From IMG/VR virus record IMGVR_UViG_3300025151_000018, positions 1 to 64,000 of that record: a stretch of 64,000 nucleotides of DNA, one strand, 5' to 3'. A model generated the notes under the pieces. That model was not told where the DNA came from, did no database searches, and saw nothing but the letters and a program-made list of their open reading frames with translations. Position numbers and translations under genes: made by a program. Positions 59,171 through 64,000 of the stretch are shown here, one piece after another. The DNA comes from a virus. Positions within the stretch are counted from its first letter, which is position 1; the number at the start of each line of letters is the position of its first letter.

Positions 59171-59602
59171 TCATATTGCGGGGAGGGGTTGTGCAAAAAT
59201 CACTATTTCGGCTTGCATTGTGTAGCGGAATAGCCTCTTACTACGGTCAGACAAGTCGGTTCGGGTCTTGAAGATTGCCCTATCAAAGTTAGATCCATCA
59301 CCCTTTCTGTGCTTGTGCAGTATTCTCCGCACTTCATCACGAAGCGCACTTAGACGGCTTCTCCCCTTCACCGTTCTAATATCAATTGTTAGATTGACAT
59401 GGATATTGACAAAATCAAATAGCAACTCTGGTTGTGCTTCATTGTGTGCAGTTTCAAAGACTCGGATAATGTCATGATCTTGCAAACGGGTTCGCTTTCC
59501 TTCGCCAGACTCTAATGTTGCTATGTCTAAAATTGAGGGTTTTGGAGATACATTCCATTCCCTGTTAAGCAAATTAACAATAGAATCAATTGCATCAGTC
59601 AT
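59171..59602 (-). CDS. Tail terminator/head-tail joining protein
   Basis: Size and position; TIDIRT...EVRRIL. Confidence 0.55.
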   Translation of the reverse strand: MTDAIDSIVNLLNREWNVSPKPSILDIATLESGEGKRTRLQDHDIIRVFETAHNEAQPELLFDFVNIHVNLTIDIRTVKGRSRLSALRDEVRRILHKHRKGDGSNFDRAIFKTRTDLSDRSKRLFRYTMQAEIVIFAQPLPAI

Positions 59603-59868
59603 TCTTTGAAAACCCCCGTTAATTTTGCTTGCGCTTGCGCTACATCTAATGCGAAGGGGCTATTCTCTTTATGCTTATTCATTATTTCGGCTAATTCACC
59701 CTCATCAAGAGGTATGTTATCTTCCTCTGCCATATTTTGCTCTTGAATCATAAGAGCCTCTAAGTGATTTGGTTCTGCGTCTTGTTGCTTGGCTACTGCT
59801 GCTTTGTATTCCTCAAGTGCCTTTGTCTTAGACTCAAAGACTTTCAACACTTCTGGTATATCCATCAT
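59599..59868 (-). CDS. Hypothetical protein
   Basis: Overlap-coupled ORF. Confidence 0.6.
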   Translation of the reverse strand: MMDIPEVLKVFESKTKALEEYKAAVAKQQDAEPNHLEALMIQEQNMAEEDNIPLDEGELAEIMNKHKENSPFALDVAQAQAKLTGVFKE

Positions 59869-60050
59869 TTGTCGCCTCTCATTTCCTCTATTCCAGCATC
59901 AACGGCTCGCTTTTTGCCATCACAATCACGGCAAAACTGTCCTGTTGATTTAGAACCAGACCAAATAACACCGTATTTGTCGCAATCGCTACAATGATCT
60001 ATGATTTTACCTGATGGTAATTGTTGTCTTTGTGGTGCTTTCTCAACCAT
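59865..60050 (-). CDS. Zn-finger microprotein
   Basis: CSDC...CRDC. Confidence 0.55.
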   Translation of the reverse strand: MVEKAPQRQQLPSGKIIDHCSDCDKYGVIWSGSKSTGQFCRDCDGKKRAVDAGIEEMRGDK

Positions 60051-60054
60051 TTTA

Positions 60055-61671
60055 TCAGCCTCCCATTCCCGCTACTACAATGCTCTCTTGAAACGGCACG
60101 AGAAGTTTGGCAACCTCTGCCTCTAACTTCTGGTGCTTAGATGCCAAGTCCACATTTTGTGTTCCTTCGGGGAATAATACAGAATAATCATCGGACATGA
60201 GAATATCCATGACTACCAATTTAGTGCAAGCATCTTCAATGCTCTTATCAACATACCTTTCACCGTAAATGTAAGCCATTCTTAGCGAATGGTTCTCAAA
60301 GAATGGATATTCATTGTTAAACAGTATTTGACCGTTCTCTTCAATAGACCACCACGATCTTTGTCGCTCTTCATCATCAATATCACACAAAAAGCGAACC
60401 TGCTTCAAAGTAGCACCTATGGTTAGTGATGTGGTAAAACTCCCTTCTTCATCACTAATCACGGTGAAAGTGTTGCCGACTCGGTTGCATAGCGCAATCC
60501 TGTTTGTAGTGCCATCTTGAATAAATACCAGACCATATCCATTGGTAAAGTGGCTGGCGTTATTAACCGTAAATGATGTAATAGGCGTTCCTGTTGTGCC
60601 ATCAACAGTCGCTTCGCAAGTAGTATGAAGATTCTTAATGAAATTGATAGCACCGTTATCACTAATTGCTATTGTTGCATTCTTTCCACCCTCTGTGCTA
60701 CGCATAGATGAAACCTCAACCACACCATCACCCATATCGCTATTGCCAAGTGCCATAAACTCGTGATTAACATTTAGTGTTGCTGATGACGATGTTGCAG
60801 TTTCAACGGTCAAACTGCCTATCTGTATTGCTGATTTATTAAAATCAGGGTCTTGGTTGATTAGTGCTGCGATATTTTCAGCCGTTGATTTGTGATCAAA
60901 CTGCGACCTCCACTTAGTTTGAGCGTCATCTCCCTCTGTCAATTTAGCCACACCATTTGCACCCGGACATAGGTAAATGCTCTTGCCACTTAATGCGGTA
61001 TGATCCATGATGCGGAATGCAGCACGAGCAGCAGCCATTTCACGGTAGTAATCACCTTGCCATGCACCCATCTTTAGAATGCGTTGAATAGCCCCATGCT
61101 TGACAAATACTGCACCAACATAGTCGGTATAGTATCGCCTTCGGTATGGTTTGAATGTTGTGAAGTTTAGGTATTCCTCTGATACAAGTCGTGGTCGCCA
61201 AGCGTGTCGGGTCACGGTATCAATGTAATCTTGCCTAATCTTGATTAAATGCTCAACATGACTCTTTTTGACACCACGCTCATTACTGTTAGTAAATGCT
61301 GATTTGTGTTGAATGTATGCGTTATTTGCAGTAGTAAATGACTCCGAACCTTCTTTTGCTGCGATAAGATATATTTGACCTGCCGACCCTACTGATGCCG
61401 TTGATGTGATTGTGTATGTCTTGCCAATAGCATCGGCATCATCATACACCAATATGTTATCAGTAGCCTCATAGCCCCATCTCCTAAAGTCAGCACCAGA
61501 TATGGGGAATTTAATATCACTACCATCAATTACACTATCACCTGCTAATGTGATAGGATCGGGTAATGGTAATTGAAGATACTCGCTAACCTTTTGCACC
61601 GTTGTATAAACCAATTCATCAGGGTATAACGGTGCATTTGGTCTATGTCCGGGTGAGAATGTGCGTGGCAT
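60055..61671 (-). CDS. Head-tail adaptor protein with large insertions
   Basis: YTTVQKVSEYL...DYIDTVTRHAW...YIYG...IEDACTKLV adaptor-like pattern. Confidence 0.6.
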   Translation of the reverse strand: MPRTFSPGHRPNAPLYPDELVYTTVQKVSEYLQLPLPDPITLAGDSVIDGSDIKFPISGADFRRWGYEATDNILVYDDADAIGKTYTITSTASVGSAGQIYLIAAKEGSESFTTANNAYIQHKSAFTNSNERGVKKSHVEHLIKIRQDYIDTVTRHAWRPRLVSEEYLNFTTFKPYRRRYYTDYVGAVFVKHGAIQRILKMGAWQGDYYREMAAARAAFRIMDHTALSGKSIYLCPGANGVAKLTEGDDAQTKWRSQFDHKSTAENIAALINQDPDFNKSAIQIGSLTVETATSSSATLNVNHEFMALGNSDMGDGVVEVSSMRSTEGGKNATIAISDNGAINFIKNLHTTCEATVDGTTGTPITSFTVNNASHFTNGYGLVFIQDGTTNRIALCNRVGNTFTVISDEEGSFTTSLTIGATLKQVRFLCDIDDEERQRSWWSIEENGQILFNNEYPFFENHSLRMAYIYGERYVDKSIEDACTKLVVMDILMSDDYSVLFPEGTQNVDLASKHQKLEAEVAKLLVPFQESIVVAGMGG

Positions 61672-61997
61672 TAGCGACCACCCCTGCTATGTGAGCCGAG
61701 ATTGTAGTGCATAGCATCACCACACACGCCACACTTTGGAGTCCAACAGAAATGCAAAGCACCACAGGATAGGCATCTTGTGCCAGCACCTATGTTTTGT
61801 ATGTTCTTTCGCTCGCTCTTTCGCATTCGCACCCTTGTTTTTGTAGCGTTCTTCATGTTCTCCTTAGAAAACGGAGAATCATCTTCGGCTATTGAAGATT
61901 GACGGGCGTTTGCAATTTCCGCCATTCGGACTTTGCGCCTTCTTTGAATGTCATAAGACTCTTCAAAGTCAAGATTTTCAACTTTCATCCGAGCCAT
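61671..61997 (-). CDS. Basic protein with Zn ribbon
   Basis: CLSCG...CGVCG. Confidence 0.65.
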   Translation of the reverse strand: MARMKVENLDFEESYDIQRRRKVRMAEIANARQSSIAEDDSPFSKENMKNATKTRVRMRKSERKNIQNIGAGTRCLSCGALHFCWTPKCGVCGDAMHYNLGSHSRGGR

Positions 61998-62024
61998 TTA
62001 TTGCCACCCCGTAAGGCGACAACC

Positions 62025-62354
62025 TCATGCCCTGCGCCCAACTACTGTTAGGTAAATTGTGTGTGTTGAAAGGTTTGTTCCATCACCAACGGCATCCAGA
62101 GCAGCACCATCAGCACCTGCTTCAAAAGCCAATAGCAACTCATTATCTCGGTCATATTGCCAAACATATCCTGTTCCGCCACCGTCAAGTGTGATTGTTT
62201 CCATGATTGGGATTGAGCATAATTCACTTAGTTTCAAATCTTCACCTGCTGCCAGCCATGAGTCGTCTGGGGTGATCTTGAATGTTGCGGTGATACGGCT
62301 ACCTTGAACCGAGTTTCTTCCTTCTTGTGATACTGTCAATGCCATGTCGCTCAT
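62025..62354 (-). CDS. Probable minor capsid/decoration protein
   Basis: Small beta-rich ORF in the head module. Confidence 0.45.
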   Translation of the reverse strand: MSDMALTVSQEGRNSVQGSRITATFKITPDDSWLAAGEDLKLSELCSIPIMETITLDGGGTGYVWQYDRDNELLLAFEAGADGAALDAVGDGTNLSTHTIYLTVVGRRA

Positions 62355-62388
62355 TCCCTGTGTATGTGTCCTTATTCATAAGTATTGC

Positions 62389-62976
62389 TCAAGAATACAA
62401 AATTGTTAGCCTAATTTTACCTGTGTCAGCAGCCCATGCGGTTGAAGTTTCTAACTTGAAATTGACTGTTCCACAAACTCTTCCGGTCCAAGGTTGATTC
62501 TTATCAATTGGTATTTGAGTGTTTGATGGATCGCCAATCTTTGGTGTGGCTGGTGTTGAATGTGAACTTCGCCCTACGCTAACTGATAGCGAATGTTCCA
62601 TACTACCCGCACCTTCTTGGGTTGCGCCTTCGGTTGTTTGAAATTGATAGAAGCCTCTTCCGCCAGATTTGTTTGTAAAATCTAACTCGGTAATTGGGTT
62701 GCAGTAATTTATTGGATCTCCGCCCAATTTACCGTAATCTCCACATTGTATCGCCAAAGACCCATGTGTAGTTTGGGTGTCTGTGTTTGTTGCCAATTTA
62801 CTAATAGATGTATCTAACCAGACATTGTGAATTTCGCCATTCATTTGAATTGCTGCGGTTATTTGAGTTTGACCTGCAAGATCAGCAGCGTCATACTCAA
62901 ACACAATGCGATTAACTCTGGTGCGTGAACCGTATCGGCCTTCACCATCTTCAATGCTATGTGCTATGATAGGCAT
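62389..62976 (-). CDS. Virion structural protein (hypothetical)
   Basis: Beta-rich ORF in the head module. Confidence 0.5.
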   Translation of the reverse strand: MPIIAHSIEDGEGRYGSRTRVNRIVFEYDAADLAGQTQITAAIQMNGEIHNVWLDTSISKLATNTDTQTTHGSLAIQCGDYGKLGGDPINYCNPITELDFTNKSGGRGFYQFQTTEGATQEGAGSMEHSLSVSVGRSSHSTPATPKIGDPSNTQIPIDKNQPWTGRVCGTVNFKLETSTAWAADTGKIRLTILYS

Positions 62977-63413
62977 TATTGTTCACCCTCGCCACTATCT
63001 TCGGTAGCGGGGTTCATCAAAGCCTCTGCTCTTGCAGTTAGTGAAGCCTTAGTTGCGGTGCGTGGCACACTTTCGCCACGAGCCTTGAACCACTTTACCA
63101 TTTCATTACGAGTCCAATTAGGGTCAAATGCAACTTCTTCAACAGTTTCCTCAACCACTTCTGGTGCAGGTTCTTCAACAACTACTTCTTCAACAACAGG
63201 TTCTTCAATGGCTTTTGCCATTTCTTTTGCCTGTGCCACAGGTTTGTCATCAAGGACAACCCAAATCTTAGAAGTGTCATTCTTGAACATCTCAACCAGA
63301 TCTGCTGGTATGTCATGTTGAATCCTTTGCCGAGTCCAGCCGTATCGCACACCGTTAATGCTTGATGTGTATTCAACATAAGACCTGTTGCCTACATATT
63401 GAATGCTAACCAT
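62976..63413 (-). CDS. Protein with C-terminal HeH/LEM-like motif
   Basis: WTRNEMVKWFKARGESVPRTATKASL after an acidic linker. Confidence 0.55.
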   Translation of the reverse strand: MVSIQYVGNRSYVEYTSSINGVRYGWTRQRIQHDIPADLVEMFKNDTSKIWVVLDDKPVAQAKEMAKAIEEPVVEEVVVEEPAPEVVEETVEEVAFDPNWTRNEMVKWFKARGESVPRTATKASLTARAEALMNPATEDSGEGEQ

Positions 63414-63426
63414 TCAGTTAGCCCCC

Positions 63427-63810
63427 TCAATTGTATAGCAAGGTCAATCGGAATGTGTCTGTGTTTGTTCCGCCCGGTGAAGTGAAAATGACTCGTGGCC
63501 CTGCATGACGAATGTCAGCAGGTAATTCAAAACCACCAGAGTTGTTCACTACACTAAGGACAGATACTACATTAGAACCTAATACCCCTGCAATCTTTGT
63601 TGCATCAGCCGTATCAGCCAAATCAAGAGTTGTTAGGGTGCTTGCAGCAGTTATTTGAACATCAACTACCAACAGGTTTAGCGCACCTGCTGCTGAATTG
63701 CTACCAATTGGGCTTTGAAGCCAATCTGTGCTTGAAGGGTCAGACCCCGCCCACATTCTTTGATCTAATACTACTGAACATCCTGCTTGTGTCAAATTTC
63801 CGTTTGCCAT
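63427..63810 (-). CDS. Probable capsid decoration protein
   Basis: Directly downstream of the major capsid gene; beta-rich. Confidence 0.45.
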   Translation of the reverse strand: MANGNLTQAGCSVVLDQRMWAGSDPSSTDWLQSPIGSNSAAGALNLLVVDVQITAASTLTTLDLADTADATKIAGVLGSNVVSVLSVVNNSGGFELPADIRHAGPRVIFTSPGGTNTDTFRLTLLYN

Positions 63811-63844
63811 ATTACCACCTACTTACTATCTCCTATTTTAACCC

Positions 63845-64000
63845 TCAACTCAAATCACGGATTTTACCGCTTGCTTTGAAGAAAGCACAAATCAATTCAC
63901 CCATAGTGTGAAACATTCCCATTTGACCTAATCGGTTGATACCGAATGGGTCGCCTGTTTCAATTCCAGACTCGTGATACAATGTTGGTTTAGCCGTTGT
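63845..64000 (-). CDS. Major capsid protein (HK97 fold), C-terminal part; runs off the window
   Basis: TTAKPTLYHESGIETGDPFGINRLGQMGMFHTMGELICAFFKASGKIRDLS* resembles MCP ends of halovirus/magrovirus-type viruses. Confidence 0.75.
   Translation of the reverse strand, partial: TTAKPTLYHESGIETGDPFGINRLGQMGMFHTMGELICAFFKASGKIRDLS

Noticed and set aside
34779-59477. Numerous + strand ORFs of 60-240 aa in the virion module, and - strand ORFs in the left half
   Set aside because: Antisense shadows of long real genes, with no motifs or RBS

Overview
This 64-kb window is part of a tailed archaeal dsDNA virus genome (Caudoviricetes). The gene set and order most resemble magroviruses, the viruses of Marine Group II/Poseidoniales; this assignment is inferred from gene content, not from a search. 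The + strand (1-31044) starts with an early/accessory region: a 1042-aa modular acidic protein, a Phd/YefM-like gene between hairpins, DUF932, a DenV-like glycosylase, an SF2 helicase and many Zn-finger microproteins. A near-complete archaeal-type replisome follows: PC4-like SSB, a TFB-like fragment, a ligase-fold protein, RFC, an OB-fold SSB, a RecA/Sak4-like ATPase, PCNA, PolB, a Cas4-like nuclease, two beta-class DNA methyltransferases, a PriS-PriL primase, an ERCC4 nuclease and an MCM-like helicase. The - strand (31041-64000) is the virion module: the major capsid C-terminus, head-tail proteins, tail tube, tail chaperone with a -1 frameshift, tape measure, giant tail-tip proteins and a Dam-like methyltransferase. 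Main signals: (1) TCGA is nearly absent, and all 13 copies found by eye overlap GATC, as expected if Dam methylation shields them from a TaqI-like nuclease. (2) All three methyltransferases end in a QxxLF clamp-binding-like tail. (3) An N-terminal (A/G)WxxLK-like tag is shared by three unrelated late proteins, including the Dam enzyme. (4) ORF1 contains in-frame cassettes bounded by direct repeats. (5) Several enzymes look catalytically dead (ligase, LAGLIDADG, exonuclease). All calls come from reading motifs by eye; no searches were run.
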